Source: Anaeromyxobacter sp.
Lineage (GTDB): Bacteria > Myxococcota > Myxococcia > Myxococcales > Anaeromyxobacteraceae
NCBI GenBank assembly: GCA_049840735.1
Contig: JASGJN010000026.1
Span: forward strand, 288,001-352,000
Reading direction: 5' to 3'
Length of the DNA: 64,000 nt
Notes under the pieces: generated by a model
The model's input: the letters and a program-made list of their open reading frames with translations, nothing else
The model's database searches: none
Told to the model about the DNA's origin: nothing
Part shown: in pieces, positions 43,570-56,787 of the stretch
Numbering within the stretch: the stretch's first letter is position 1
Layout: every line of letters begins with the position of its first letter
Program-made: the position numbers and the translations under genes

Positions 43570-44699
43570 TCCCTGGCCTCCCTTCGCTGCTCCGCCTGGG
43601 GCTGGTCCGCGCCTCGCGCTGGCGGGTGCTGGCGCTCTTCTCCACGCTGGCGCTGGTGGCGTCGGCCGCGGCCGTGCTGCCGCTCTGGGCCTACCTGGCG
43701 GGCCAGCTGGACCACGCCGTCGGGCCGGACGCGACCGGCCCGGTCACCACCGGCCTGCTGCTGGAGCTGACCCGCGGCCTGTCCGAGAACGGCGGCGGGG
43801 TGTCGATCGGGCTGGGGCTGGTGGGCGGCCTGGCGCTGTCCCTGCTGCTCGGCCCCTGGTCGGCCGGCGCCGCCATGGCCGAGGCTCGCGCCGAGGCGCC
43901 GCTCCGGTTCCGGGCGCTGCTGGGGGCGGCGGGTCAGCTCTACGGCCGGCTGCTGCGGCTCTGGCTGGTGGCGCTGATCCCGCTGGGCGCGGCGGCTGGC
44001 GTCTCCGCGGCGCTGGTGCACCACGCCGGCGATCGGGCCGCGCACGCGCTCACCGAGGCCGAGGCGCTGGCGGCGCAGCGGCACGGGCTGTGGGGCGCCC
44101 TGGCCGTGGTCTTCCTGGCGCAGCTCACCGTGGAGGCCGCGCGGGCCGAGCTGGCCGCCCGCCCGGAGCGGCGAAGCGCGCTGCTGGCCTGGGCGGCCGG
44201 CAGCTGGCTGGTGCTGCGCAGGCCGGTCCGGACGCTGGTGTCCGGCGCGCTGGGCGTGGCGCTGGCCCTGCTCGCCAGCGGCGCGTTCATGGCCCTCCGC
44301 GGCCGGCTGCCGTCCGGCGCGGGCTTTACCGCGCTGGGGTTCCTGCTGGCCACCCTGGCCAGCGCCGGCGTGGCCTGGGGGCGCGCGGTCCGGCTCGGCG
44401 CGCTGGCCGAGCTGGCGGCGCACGACGAGGTGGTGCGGGCGGAGCGCAGGGCGCGGCGCGCCGAGCGCAAGCAGGCGAGACGCGCGGCGAAGCAGCAGGC
44501 GCGCCAGGCGGACGGGGCCCCGGCGCCGGTCGCCCCGGCGCTGCCGCTCCAGCCCGACGCGCCGGCCGCGTTCGAGCCGGCGCTGCCGTCCGGCGTGCCC
44601 GCCGCGCCGGAGCCCGCGTCGCAGCCCCCGGCGTCGCCGGCCACGGAGGCAGCCCAGGCTCCCGGCCCCGCGCCGGACCCCGGCGTCGCAGACCCGTGA
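43566..44699 (+). CDS. Polytopic membrane protein coupled to the M1 peptidase gene
   Basis: GTGA overlap; several hydrophobic helices; Pro/Ala-rich tail. Confidence 0.75.
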   Translation: MIPGLPSLLRLGLVRASRWRVLALFSTLALVASAAAVLPLWAYLAGQLDHAVGPDATGPVTTGLLLELTRGLSENGGGVSIGLGLVGGLALSLLLGPWSAGAAMAEARAEAPLRFRALLGAAGQLYGRLLRLWLVALIPLGAAAGVSAALVHHAGDRAAHALTEAEALAAQRHGLWGALAVVFLAQLTVEAARAELAARPERRSALLAWAAGSWLVLRRPVRTLVSGALGVALALLASGAFMALRGRLPSGAGFTALGFLLATLASAGVAWGRAVRLGALAELAAHDEVVRAERRARRAERKQARRAAKQQARQADGAPAPVAPALPLQPDAPAAFEPALPSGVPAAPEPASQPPASPATEAAQAPGPAPDPGVADP

Positions 44700-44717
44700 G
44701 TCCCTGATCGGCGGCCG

Positions 44718-44879
44718 CTACAGCCGCCCTTCGCCCTCGCCGCCGGGGGAGCCGCTCTCCTGGTCGTAGCCCGACCGTTCGCGCCGCTCCTCGAAGGCCA
44801 GGTCACCCCTGGCCCGCCGCTCCCGCTCCGGCGAGTCGCCCGACTCCGGCGCCAGGTGCTCGTCGTCCTTCTCCGGCAC
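44718..44879 (-). CDS. Possible small acidic hydrophilic protein
   Basis: VPEKDDEHLAPESGDSPERE..., GC-rich third positions; start uncertain. Confidence 0.35.
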   Translation of the reverse strand: MPEKDDEHLAPESGDSPERERRARGDLAFEERRERSGYDQESGSPGGEGEGRL

Positions 44880-45011
44880 GTCCTTGCGTTCGGTGGGATC
44901 CGATGACGAGACCGTGGGGATGCCCGCGGGTCCCTGCAATCCGGGCAGGCGTGCGTGCCGCGGGTTGCCCCCGACGCCGTCCTGCCGCAGGGTCCCGCCG
45001 CCGGGTCGCCC

Positions 45012-45086
45012 CCCCGTTCGGTCTGGGCCCTTCGACTTCGCGCCCGCTGCGCGAGCGCCACGGTCCAGGCGGGCGGAGTCGAAGGG
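45012..45086. repeat. Composite REP-like hairpin
   Basis: CCCTTCGACTTCGCGCCCGC...GCGGGCGGAGTCGAAGGG. Confidence 0.65.
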
Positions 45087-45150
45087 CACGGTCCCGACAC
45101 TCCGTCCCCGAGGGGTCGCGGATGTGCCGTCGCGCTCCAGGAGGCGGATC

Positions 45151-46585
45151 ATGGAGCCGATCGTGTCCCGTGCCTCGCGAGCCCTGGCGGCGGAGCGGCC
45201 GGCGGCCGTGGCCGGCTCGTTCTACCCCGGCGCGCCGGTCGCGCTGCGCGCCCAGGTGGAGGCGCTGCTGGCGGCCGCGCCGGTGCGCTGCGCCCGCCGG
45301 CCCAAGGCGCTGGTGGTCCCGCACGCCGGCTACGTCTACTCCGGCCCCATCGCCGCCAGCGCCTACGCGCAGCTGCGGGCCCCCGGCGCGGCGGTGCGCC
45401 GGGTGGTGCTGCTGGGGCCGGCGCACCACGTGGCGGTCACCGGGCTGGTGCTGCCCGGCGCGGCGGCCTTCCTGACGCCGCTCGGCGCCGTGCCCGTCGA
45501 TCCCGAGGGCGTGGGGCAGGCGCGGGCGCTCCCGCAGGTGGGCACCAGCGCCCACGCCCACGCGCTGGAGCACTCGCTGGAGGTGCAGCTGCCCTTCCTG
45601 CAGGTGCTGCTCCCGTCCTTCTCGCTGGTGCCGCTGGCGGTGGGGCGCGCCTCGCCGGAGGAGGTGGCGGACGTGCTGGAGGCGCTCTGGGGCGGGCCGG
45701 AGACGCTGCTGCTCATCTCCACCGATCTCTCCCACCACCTGCCGCTGGCCGAGGCCCGCCAGGTGGACGGCCGCACCGCACGGCAGGTCATGGCGCTCGA
45801 CGCCCACGGGCTGGCCTGGGAGCAGGCCTGCGGCCGGGTCGGCCTCTCCGGCCTGCTGCTGGCGGCGCGCCGCCGCGGCCTCGCGCCGGAGCAGCTGGAC
45901 CTCCGCACCAGCGCCGACACCGCCGGCGATCCGGAGGCCGTGGTGGGCTACGCGGCCTTCGCCTTCCACGAGCCGCCCGGCGAGGGCGCGGTGGCCACCG
46001 GCGCCGAGGTGGCGGCCGCGCCGGGCGCGGAGGCCGAGCACCGCCGCCGCGCCGCGCTGGCCACCGGCCTGGCCCGCGCCGCCATCGCCAGCTGCTTCGG
46101 GGCGCCGGCCCCGGCGCCGCCCGCCGGCGAGGCCTGGCTCGCGGCCGAGCGCTCCTGCTTCGTCTCGCTCCACCTGGGCGGCGACCTGCGCGGCTGCATC
46201 GGCGCGGTCTGGCCGCGCGGGGCGCTTGGGCCGGGAGATCATCCGCTGCGCGCAGGCGGCGGCGCTGGAGGACCACCGCTTTCCGCCGCTGCGCGCGGAG
46301 GAGCTGGCCGGGCTGGAGATCGAGGTCACGGTCCTCTCCGCGCCGGAGCCGGTGCCCGCCGCCACCGAGGCGGAGGCCTGCCGCGGGCTGCGCCCCGGCC
46401 TCGACGGCGCCCTGCTGCAGGCGGAGGGGCGGCAGGGCGTCTTCATCCCGCAGATGTGGGCGCAGCTCCCGGACCCGCACGACTTCCTGCGCCAGCTGCG
46501 GCGCAAGGCCGGGCTGGCCGAGGGCTGGTCGCCGGACACCCGGCTCTGGCGCTTCACCGCCGAGGTGCTGGAGGCGCCCCCGTGA
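45151..46585 (+). CDS. amrB: AmmeMemoRadiSam protein B (Memo-like) fused to protein A (AMMECR1-like), frameshift at ~46226
   Basis: RPAAVAGSFYP, PHAGYVYSG, EHSLEVQLPFLQ, STDLSH; then CFVSL, LRGCIG, EDHRF, FIPQMW. Confidence 0.9.
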
Positions 46586-47655
46586 TCGGCCCGGGCCACG
46601 CGCGCTGGTGGCACGCCCTCCCGGACGGACGGCTCCAGTGCGACCTCTGCCCGCGGGAGTGCCGGCTCCATGAGGGCCAGCGGGCCTTCTGCTTCGTGCG
46701 CCAGCGCCAGGGCGACCGGCTGGTGCTCACCACCTGGGGCCGCTCCAGCGGCTTCTGCGTGGACCCCATCGAGAAGAAGCCGCTGGCCCACTTCCACCCC
46801 GGCACCAGCGTCCTCTCCTTCGGCACCGCCGGCTGCAACCTGGGCTGCCGCTTCTGCCAGAACTGGGACATCTCCAAGGCCCGCGACTGGGATCGCCTGG
46901 CCGACCAGGCCAGCCCCGAGGCCATCGCGAGCGAGGCGGTGCGGCTGGGCTGCCGCAGCGTGGCGTTCACCTACAACGACCCGGTCATCTTCGCCGAGTA
47001 CGCCATGGACGTGGCCGACGCCTGCCACGCCCGCGGCGTGGAGACCGTGGCGGTCACCGCCGGCTACGTCTGCCCGGAGCCGCGGCGCGAGCTGTTCGCG
47101 AAGATGGACGCCGCCAACGTGGACCTGAAGGGCTTCACCGAGGGCTTCTACGAGCGGCTCTGCTTCGCGCGGCTCGGGCCGGTGCTGGAGACGCTGGAGT
47201 ACCTGGCGCGCGAGACCACCTGCTGGCTGGAGGTGACCACGCTGCTCATCCCCGGCCAGAACGACTCGCCGGAGGAGGTGGGGCTGCTCTGCGCCTGGAT
47301 GGCGGAGCACCTGGGGCCGGACGTGCCGCTCCACTTCACCGCCTTCCACCCCGACTTCAAGCTGACCGACGTCCCCGCCACGCCGGCGGAGACGCTGCGC
47401 CGGGCCCGCCGGCAGGGGCTGGACGCCGGCCTGCGCTACGTCTACGTGGGCAACGTCCACGACGTGGAGGGCGACACCACCTGGTGCCCGCGCTGCGAGG
47501 CGGCCGTGATCGCCCGCGACTGGTACGAGATCATCGACTACCGGCTCGACGCCGAGGGGTGCTGCCGCGCTTGCGGCCAGCGCATCCCCGGCCGGTTCGA
47601 CCCGGCGCCCGGCCACTTCGGGCGGCGGCGGCTGCCGGTCCAGCTGTCACCCTGA
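46582..47655 (+). CDS. amrS: AmmeMemoRadiSam radical SAM enzyme
   Basis: CDLCPREC, DPIEKKPL, CNLGCRFCQNWDIS, TYNDP, YVGNV. Confidence 0.95.
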   Translation: MIGPGHARWWHALPDGRLQCDLCPRECRLHEGQRAFCFVRQRQGDRLVLTTWGRSSGFCVDPIEKKPLAHFHPGTSVLSFGTAGCNLGCRFCQNWDISKARDWDRLADQASPEAIASEAVRLGCRSVAFTYNDPVIFAEYAMDVADACHARGVETVAVTAGYVCPEPRRELFAKMDAANVDLKGFTEGFYERLCFARLGPVLETLEYLARETTCWLEVTTLLIPGQNDSPEEVGLLCAWMAEHLGPDVPLHFTAFHPDFKLTDVPATPAETLRRARRQGLDAGLRYVYVGNVHDVEGDTTWCPRCEAAVIARDWYEIIDYRLDAEGCCRACGQRIPGRFDPAPGHFGRRRLPVQLSP

Positions 47656-47725
47656 CAAACACGCCGCGACCCAGCTCACCCACCAGCCGAGCTGGCCGCC
47701 GCGGTGGCCGAGCTGATCCCGAAAG

Positions 47726-47775
47726 CCCGTTCGCCCTGAGCGCAGCCGTGGCGAAGCCGCGGCGGAGTCGAAGGG
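47726..47775 (+). repeat. REP-like repeat between convergent genes
   Basis: CCGTTCGCCCTGAGCGCA-GCCGTGGC-GAA-GCCGCGGC-GGAGTCGAAGGG. Confidence 0.85.
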
Positions 47776-47795
47776 CGGCGCCGCCCGAGGCCTGC

Positions 47796-49817
<2,022 letters not shown>

Positions 49818-49916
49818 CTAGCGGTCCCGACGCGCCGCGCCGCGTCACGGGAGGGACGGGTCCTGGTGTAGATTGCGCGGTGGGGCCCGCGCTCGGGGGC
49901 CCGAGGAGTCCCGAAC

Positions 49917-50792
49917 GTGAAGGTCTCAGGGTTCACCTTCGTCCGCGACGCGGTCCGGTTCAGCTACCCGGTGGTCGCCGCCATCCGCTCCATCCTCCCG
50001 CTCTGCGACGAGCTGGTGGTCAACGTCGGCGTCTCGCAGGACGGGACCCTGGACCTGGTCCGCTCCATCGACGACCCGCGGCTCGTCATCTTCGAGTCCA
50101 CCTGGGACGAGGGCCTGCGCAAGGGCGGCGCCATCCTGGCCCAGCAGACCGACCTGGCGCTGGACCGGTGCACCGGCGACGTGGGGATCTACGTGCAGGC
50201 CGACGAGGCCATGCACGAGGACGATCACCCGGCGGTGCGCGCCGCGCTGGAGCGGCTGCACCAGGACCCGCGCGCCGAGGGGCTGCTCTTCGACTACGTC
50301 CACTTCTACGGCTCCTTCCACACCGTGGGGGTGGCGCGGCGCTGGTACCGGCGCGAGGTGCGGGCGGTGAAGCTGGGCGTGGGGGTCCGCTCCTGGCGCG
50401 ACGCGCAGGGGTTCCGGATCGGCGAGGGCCCGTCGGCGCGCAAGCTGGCGGTGCTGCCGGCCGGCGCGCGCATGTACCACTACGGCTGGGTCCGGCCGCC
50501 CGAGGCCATGGGCCAGAAGGCGGCCGACTTCCACCGCTGGTACCACGGCGACGAGGTGGTGCGGCGGGCGATGGAGCGGCAGTTCACCTACGACGTCGAG
50601 GAGCGGGTCCGCCCCTTCACCGGCACCCACCCCGGCCCCATGCGCGACCACGTGGCGGCGGCCGACTGGCCCTTCACGCCGCGGCCGCAGCGGCTGGTCC
50701 GGCGCGGCCGGATCCGGCGCGACCTGCTGGACCTGCTCGAGCGCGCCACCGGCGTGCGGCTGGGCGAGTACCGGAACTACCGGGAGCTGTAG
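49917..50792 (+). CDS. Glycosyltransferase (GT2-like)
   Basis: KVSGFTFVRDA, SQDGT, QADE, YHYGWVRPP. Confidence 0.85.
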   Translation: MKVSGFTFVRDAVRFSYPVVAAIRSILPLCDELVVNVGVSQDGTLDLVRSIDDPRLVIFESTWDEGLRKGGAILAQQTDLALDRCTGDVGIYVQADEAMHEDDHPAVRAALERLHQDPRAEGLLFDYVHFYGSFHTVGVARRWYRREVRAVKLGVGVRSWRDAQGFRIGEGPSARKLAVLPAGARMYHYGWVRPPEAMGQKAADFHRWYHGDEVVRRAMERQFTYDVEERVRPFTGTHPGPMRDHVAAADWPFTPRPQRLVRRGRIRRDLLDLLERATGVRLGEYRNYREL

Positions 50793-50835
50793 CGCGGCGG
50801 TTGTGGGACGAGGTTCACCGTGCGAGGATGACACG

Positions 50836-53482
50836 GTGAGTACGTCCACGCGCCGCGCGAGCCCGCCGCTCCTCCACGTCCCCGCCCTGCTCCTCCTGGC
50901 CGCCCTGGGCTGCCAGTCCGCCAGCACCGGCGGCGAGCAGCAGCCGCCCCCGCCCGGCGCCCGGGTGGGCGAGGAGCTGCTCTTCCTGGCCGACGACCTG
51001 GTGGCCGCGGCGGGCGACACGCTGCCCGACCCGCTGCACGCCCGCTACCTCTGGACGTTCGGCGACGACCGCGGGCCAGGGGCAGAGGCCCGGTCCGCCA
51101 CCTACGCCTATGGCAGCCCGGGGACCTTCACCGTCCGCCTCGAGGTGACGCCCGCCACCCACGCCGGCGACGGTGGCACGCCCGCCAACGACGACGACGA
51201 CACCTGGACCTTCGCCGACGCGGACACCCGCGTCTACACGCAGCAGGTGACCGTCACCGGGACCGCGCCGCCCCTGGCCCCGGTGGTGCCCGACGCGCCG
51301 CTGCTGGCGGCGTCCTTCGACGGCAGCCTGGCCTCCACCGGCGCGGCCCTGGCCTGGCGGGACGACGCGCGGGGCGCCTGGGTGAACGGCTACGCCGGCC
51401 AGGGGCTGGACCTCTCCGGCGGCGCCGCCCTGGTGGTGGACCCGGCCACGCTGGTGCAGGGGCGCGGGGAGCTGACCGTCTCCTTCCGCTCGCGGCGCAC
51501 GGCCCTCGACGCCGAGGCGAGCGCGCTGGTCTGGCAAGGGACGGCCAACACCTACCAGCCGGTGATCCGGTTCCTGATCGGCAGCGAGGGCACGACGGAG
51601 CTGCTGCAGCTCTACACGCTCTCCTCGGCCGGGGCCAACACCGCCGCCTTCAACCTGGGGCGCGACCTGGCCTGGCACCACTACGCCTTCACCTACTCGG
51701 CCTCCGCCGGCCGGGCCCGCATCTACCGCGACGGCGCGCTGGTGGCGGAGAAGGCGGTCTCCGGAGCGCTGGCGGCCGGCACCACCCCGCTCCTGCTCGG
51801 CCACGGGGAGGTCCAGACCTCGGCCGGCCTCGGGCAGCACCACTTCCGCGGCGTGGTGGACGACCTGCGCGTCTACGGCCGCGAGCTGTCCGGCGCCGAG
51901 CTCTCCCGCGCCTTCGCGGTGCGCCACGCCGACTTCCACGGCCACGTGGCCCAGCCCATCCTGGTGGAGGTGCCGGACGCGGTGGTGGCGGACGCCGGCG
52001 CGCGGCTGCGGGCCACCGTCTCCGGTGGCGCCCTGGGCTCGCCGCTGGTGCTGCTGGACCAGACCGGGCTCGACGCCACCACGCGCCTGGTGCTGCGCAA
52101 CGCCGAGCTCCCTGGCTCCCCGGCGGACTACGCGCTCCAGGTCGAGGTCCGCGACGGCCAGGGCTCCGTCCTGTTCACGCAGCGCGAGCCCTTCCGCAAG
52201 ACCCACGACGGCCCGCCGCGGGTGGGCGTGGACGAGAACGGCGCCGTCTGCCTGGACGGCGTCCCCTTCTTCCCGGTGACGCCCTGGGGGCTGAACGACG
52301 CCGACGTGGGACCGTGGGTGGAGGCCGGGTACGTCAACGCCATGTACGGCCAGGGCTTCTGGCCCGGGACCCGCACCGTGGCCGGCTACCAGGCCTACCT
52401 GGACGCCGCCGGGGCGGCCGGCGTGGGCGTGATCGGCCCGGCCAGCTGGGACGGGATGGGAACGTGCTCAACTACGGGACCCCCAGCTACCCGTTCATCC
52501 GCTGCTCGTCGCTGGACGGGCTGCGCGCCTACGTGACCGCGCTCCGGGACCACCCGGCGACGCAGATGTGGCAGTGGATGGACGAGCCGGAGCTGCGCGG
52601 CGCCACCGCCCAGACCGTGCGCAGCTGGACCCGGGCCAGCCACGATCTCGAATCCGCAGCACCTGGTGGCCACCAACTACATGGGCCACCCCTACTCGTA
52701 CACCAACGGTCCGGGCTCCTGGTGGCACCGGGAGCGGCACACCTACGCGCTGGGCTGGAACGACGCCGTGTTCGGCGGCGGGCGAGCCGTCACCGACGTG
52801 GTGGGCGTCGACTACTACCCGCTCGACGGGGTCCGCGCAGGCATCACCGACACCATGCACCGGCTGGGCACCGTGCTCGACACCATCCGCGACGAGAACC
52901 TGGGGCTCCTGCCGGTCTTCTCCTACGTGGAGACGGCGGACGCCGGCAACACCGGCGGGACCGGCCACCCCACGCCCTGGAAGCCCACCCCGGCGCAGCT
53001 GCGGATGATCACCTGGTTCAACGTGGCCCACGAGGCGAAGGGCATCGACTGGTTCCACTACTTCAGCGGCGGGCAGGGCTACTCGACGCCGCCGGAGGAC
53101 CTGGTGGAGCTGGCCACCTTCACACGGCAGATTGGCGAGCTCTCCCCGGCCGTGCTGGGGCCGCGCACCGGCCGCACCGTGACGGTCGCGGCCAGCGGCG
53201 GCGGGCGGGTGGACACGCTCCTGCGCCGGCACCAGGGGCGCTGGCTGCTGATCGCGGTGCGGGTCTCGGAGTTCGCCTACCAGGACGCCACCGCCACCAC
53301 GCCGCCGCCGCCGGCGCAGCCCGACCCCATCACCGTCCAGCTCTCGATCGACGGGGCGCCCCTCGAGGACGCCGCGGCGGAGGTGTACGAGGAGGGGCGG
53401 ACGGTGCAGGTGTCCGGCGGGACGCTGACCGACACCTTCGCGCCCTACGCCGTGCACATCTACTGGATTCGACGGAGCGTGA
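50836..53482 (+). CDS. Lipoprotein with PKD, LamG and putative glycoside-hydrolase-like barrel; frameshifts at ~52460, ~52651 and probably ~53468
   Basis: ALGC lipobox; WTFGD..PGTFTVRL; WHHYAFTY..IYRDG..DDLRVY; LDGVPFFP, WMDEP, VDYYP, GIDWF; three frames join with single-base edits. Confidence 0.75.
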
Positions 53483-53501
53483 CGGCGACGCCCCGGGCCT
53501 G

Positions 53502-54317
53502 CTACTGCCCCGTCAGGCTCCCGCCGTCCCCGCGCCCCTCGATCACGTCGGTCAGCCGCCGCACGAAGTAGGGGGCCACCGTCACGGCGAAGTCGTGATC
53601 CGGGTGGCTGTCGCCGGCCGAGTAGGCGTCGTTGAGGTACAGCCCCTCGGTCGAGCCGGCGGTCTCCAGCGCGCGGAAGTCCCAGACGAAGATGTTGTCC
53701 CCCGCCACGTCCCAGGTGCCCTTCACCCAGTCGGCGAAGGCCTGCGCGCGCAGCGCGTGTTCGCGGCTGGTCTCGCCCTGCTTGCGCGCCGAGCCGGTCC
53801 AGACCAGGAACTTCTTCTGCGGGAAGGCGTGCAGCCGCGTCTTGAGCGCCGCGTACTGCAGCTTGTAGTTGGGCAGGGTCTTCTCCGCGCTGCTCACCGA
53901 GGCGGTGCCGTCCGGCGCCACGTCGCTCACCGGGAAGCAGTGCTTGAAGACGATCACGTCGTAGAGCGCGGCCAGGTCGTCCAGGTTGAGCTCCTGGCGG
54001 TCGCGGCTCGAGCCGGTGTGGGCCACCCACAGGTTCCAGTAGTCGTAGGGGTAGTTGTCCCAGGGGTAGCCGTTGGCGGTGAGCGGGTAGTCCCGCTGCT
54101 CGATGGTGTAGCTGGTCCCGTGGGCGCCGTTGTACGCGGTCAGCAGGTCGGCCACGCCGCCGCCCCAGACCACGCCCCCGGTGCTGTGGTGCAGGTAGCC
54201 GACGCGCGCCGCGCCGGGCGGGGTGACGACGTCGGAGGAGCCCGCGCCGGCGGAGCAGCTCGCGGCCAGCAGGGCGAGCGCGGTCGGGAGGGCGAGGCTC
54301 GGGCGGAGGGCGCGCAT
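53502..54317 (-). CDS. Hypothetical lipoprotein, possibly SGNH-like
   Basis: AASC lipobox; YLHHSTG, FKHCFP, DSHP. Confidence 0.75.
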   Translation of the reverse strand: MRALRPSLALPTALALLAASCSAGAGSSDVVTPPGAARVGYLHHSTGGVVWGGGVADLLTAYNGAHGTSYTIEQRDYPLTANGYPWDNYPYDYWNLWVAHTGSSRDRQELNLDDLAALYDVIVFKHCFPVSDVAPDGTASVSSAEKTLPNYKLQYAALKTRLHAFPQKKFLVWTGSARKQGETSREHALRAQAFADWVKGTWDVAGDNIFVWDFRALETAGSTEGLYLNDAYSAGDSHPDHDFAVTVAPYFVRRLTDVIEGRGDGGSLTGQ

Positions 54318-54453
54318 GGAGGGACCTCGGGGAGGCGAGGGCAGTCACCGATGGTGATGCGGGAGGCGGGACCATCCTAGGCCCGGCGGCGCAGCCTGGC
54401 CAGCGCGCGCACGTACCGACAGCCCTGGTCGCACTCCCTCGGGTCAGCGCCGT

Positions 54454-54879
54454 TCAGCGCCGGGGTAGGCCCAGGGCCTCCAGCCGGCGCTCCACCGCCT
54501 CCAGGCAGGGATCGCTCTCGGCCTGCCGGTGCTCCGGCGACGCGCAGCGGACCCGCACCCTCACCTCGACCTCGTCCGCGCCGGGCACCTCGGTCGAGGC
54601 GTGGAGCGCGCGGGTGGCGGCGGGCAGGAACTCGGTGACGTCCTCGGCGCCCGCCCGCACCGCCTGCTCGGCGAAGGCCCGCAGCTCGCGCTCCAGCGCG
54701 GCGCAGCGCTGGCAGCCGGGCGCCCGCAGCCCCGCCTCGCCGTGCGTGGCGAAGAGCCGGAGGTCGTGCGCGACCACCTCGCGCCGGCCTCCGGCCTCCA
54801 CCGTCTCGGGCTCCACCTCGCAGTGCACGTGGTGCTCGCGGACGAACCGGCTCAGGTCCTGCTGGCTCGCGGGGTCCAT
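54454..54879 (-). CDS. Hypothetical protein
   Basis: GC3-rich ORF, CxxC, fills gap between genes. Confidence 0.65.
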   Translation of the reverse strand: MDPASQQDLSRFVREHHVHCEVEPETVEAGGRREVVAHDLRLFATHGEAGLRAPGCQRCAALERELRAFAEQAVRAGAEDVTEFLPAATRALHASTEVPGADEVEVRVRVRCASPEHRQAESDPCLEAVERRLEALGLPRR

Positions 54880-54918
54880 GCCCCAAGATGCGCCCGCCCC
54901 CGCGCAGGCGCCGGACGG

Positions 54919-55791
54919 CTACCACCCGGGCGGCGGCTCGGCGTACGAGCCGCGGAACGGCTGGGCGCTGTCGCGCAGGCTGCGGTCGTCGGCGCGGGCC
55001 AGCCGCCGGTCCACGTCGATGCCCACCGCGGCCAGGCCGCGCCGGTCGTCGTAGCGGAGCGTGAGCACGGCGGCGGGCGCGTCGCTGGCGCGGTCGAACG
55101 GGACCTCCTCGACGGCCGAGGTGTGCGCCTCCCCGAACTCCGTCCCCAGCCCCGGCCGCCCGGCGCTCCGCTCCGCCTTGCTCGCCGCCGGCGGCGGGGC
55201 CGCGGGCGCCTGGGCCACCGGCCCGGAGGCGTCGGCCTCGGCCTGCGGGGCCGGCGCGCTGCGCAGCCCCAGGTCGTCCTCCTCCTCCCAGCGGTGGTGC
55301 GGCCGCGGCACCACGACCACCGGGCGCGGCCGCTCCGGGAAGACGGCCACGCCGATCACGCCCACGTCGCGGGCGTCGCCCATCCGCGCGGCGTAGGAGC
55401 GGGAGACGCTGGAGAACCGGAAGGCCGCCACCTCGGCCTGGCTGAGCCTGAAGCCGTCCACGGTGAGCGTGCCCCAGGCGTCCACCAGGTAGCCGCGCTT
55501 CTCCACCGAGGCCGGGCGCCCGTCCACCACGTCGCGCCCGTCCACCGAGGCCACCACCTCGACCCGCTGCGCCGAGCCGTTGTGGAAGCGGAGCAGGTAG
55601 CGCTGGCCCTTCTGGCCCAGCACGTAGGTGCGCCCCTGGTGCTGGAAGGTGGGGAGCGCGCGCCCCGCGGCGTCCACCAGCTCGAACGACCACGGGCCGG
55701 AGCGCGACGCGGGGGTCAGTGCAGGGGTGCGGGCGGGGGCGCAGGCCAGCAGGGCGGCGCAGAGGGCGAGGGCGAGGGGGGCGCGGGACAT
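54919..55791 (-). CDS. Conserved hypothetical lipoprotein
   Basis: LLAC; SVDGRDVVDG, DGFRLS..VAAFRF, GVIGVAVF, GLGTEFGE; SD AAGGAG. Confidence 0.8.
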   Translation of the reverse strand: MSRAPLALALCAALLACAPARTPALTPASRSGPWSFELVDAAGRALPTFQHQGRTYVLGQKGQRYLLRFHNGSAQRVEVVASVDGRDVVDGRPASVEKRGYLVDAWGTLTVDGFRLSQAEVAAFRFSSVSRSYAARMGDARDVGVIGVAVFPERPRPVVVVPRPHHRWEEEDDLGLRSAPAPQAEADASGPVAQAPAAPPPAASKAERSAGRPGLGTEFGEAHTSAVEEVPFDRASDAPAAVLTLRYDDRRGLAAVGIDVDRRLARADDRSLRDSAQPFRGSYAEPPPGW

Positions 55792-55890
55792 GGACGGCTC
55801 CTTTCGAAGCCTCGAACGCACCAGCCCGGGAAAGGATCTGTCCGGGCGCGCAGCGCGCCCGCCGGGACCGGTCGCTGCCCCTGGGCGGCG

Positions 55891-56787
55891 TCAGCCTCCG
55901 ACCAGCGCCGCCTCGACCGCTCGGAAGTCCTCCGGCGCCGGCGCCTCCAGCACCAGCCGCGCGCCGGTCACCGGGTGATCGATCTCCAGCCGCGCGGCGT
56001 GGAGCATGACCCGCGGCACGGCCTGCTCGCCGACGCGGCGGGGGCCGCCGTAGCGCGGGTCGCCCAGCAGCGGCGCGCCCAGGTGCGCGAGGTGGACGCG
56101 GATCTGGTGCGTGCGCCCGGTCTCCGGCCGCGCCTCGACCAGGGCGGCCTGCGGGCCGGCGCGGAGCGTGCGGTAGCGCGTGGCGGCGGGGTCGCCGGCG
56201 GGATCGACCCGGCGCAGGCCGGCGCGGGCCGGGTCCTTGCCCAGCGGCGCCTCCAGCCGCCCCTCGGGCGGCGCAGGCGGCCGCGCCACCAGCGCCAGGT
56301 AGGTCTTCTCCGGCGCGCCGGTCCGGAAAGCCTCGGCCAGCGCCGCGGCCGCGGCCGGGGTGCGCGCGAAGATGGTGACGCCGGAGGTCTCGCGGTCGAG
56401 CCGGTGGACCAGCGTCACCGGCGCGCCCAGCAGCGCCCCCACCAGCTCCGGGAGCGTGCCGCGGTCGGTGGTGAGCGTGGGCTGGGAGGGCACGCCGGCC
56501 GGCTTGTCCACCACCGCGATGTCGGCGTCGGCGTAGATCAGCCGCTCGCGCGCGAGCGCGGCCGGGGCCTCGGCGGCGCGCCCGCCCTCCTCCAGGTTCA
56601 CGACCACGCGCTGCCCGGGCCAGAGCGTGCGCGCGGCCACCTTGCAGCGCTTGCCGTCGAGGAAGACGCCGCCGGCGTCCAGCGCCCGGCGCGCCAGCCC
56701 GCGCGAGATCCCGCCGCGGGCGGCGATGAAGCGGTCGATGCGCTGGTTGGCGTCGCCGTCGGGGACGACCAGCGAGAGCTTGCGCAC
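55891..56787 (-). CDS. RluA/RluD-family pseudouridine synthase with S4 domain
   Basis: DKPAG, VHRLDRETSG, TGRTHQIRVH, GDPRYG. Confidence 0.95.
   Translation of the reverse strand: MRKLSLVVPDGDANQRIDRFIAARGGISRGLARRALDAGGVFLDGKRCKVAARTLWPGQRVVVNLEEGGRAAEAPAALARERLIYADADIAVVDKPAGVPSQPTLTTDRGTLPELVGALLGAPVTLVHRLDRETSGVTIFARTPAAAAALAEAFRTGAPEKTYLALVARPPAPPEGRLEAPLGKDPARAGLRRVDPAGDPAATRYRTLRAGPQAALVEARPETGRTHQIRVHLAHLGAPLLGDPRYGGPRRVGEQAVPRVMLHAARLEIDHPVTGARLVLEAPAPEDFRAVEAALVGG

Noticed and set aside
44884..47655. 923-aa AmrB-AmrS fusion in the ORF track
   Set aside because: Artefact of the extra T at ~46226; amrS has its own GTG overlapping the AmrA-domain stop
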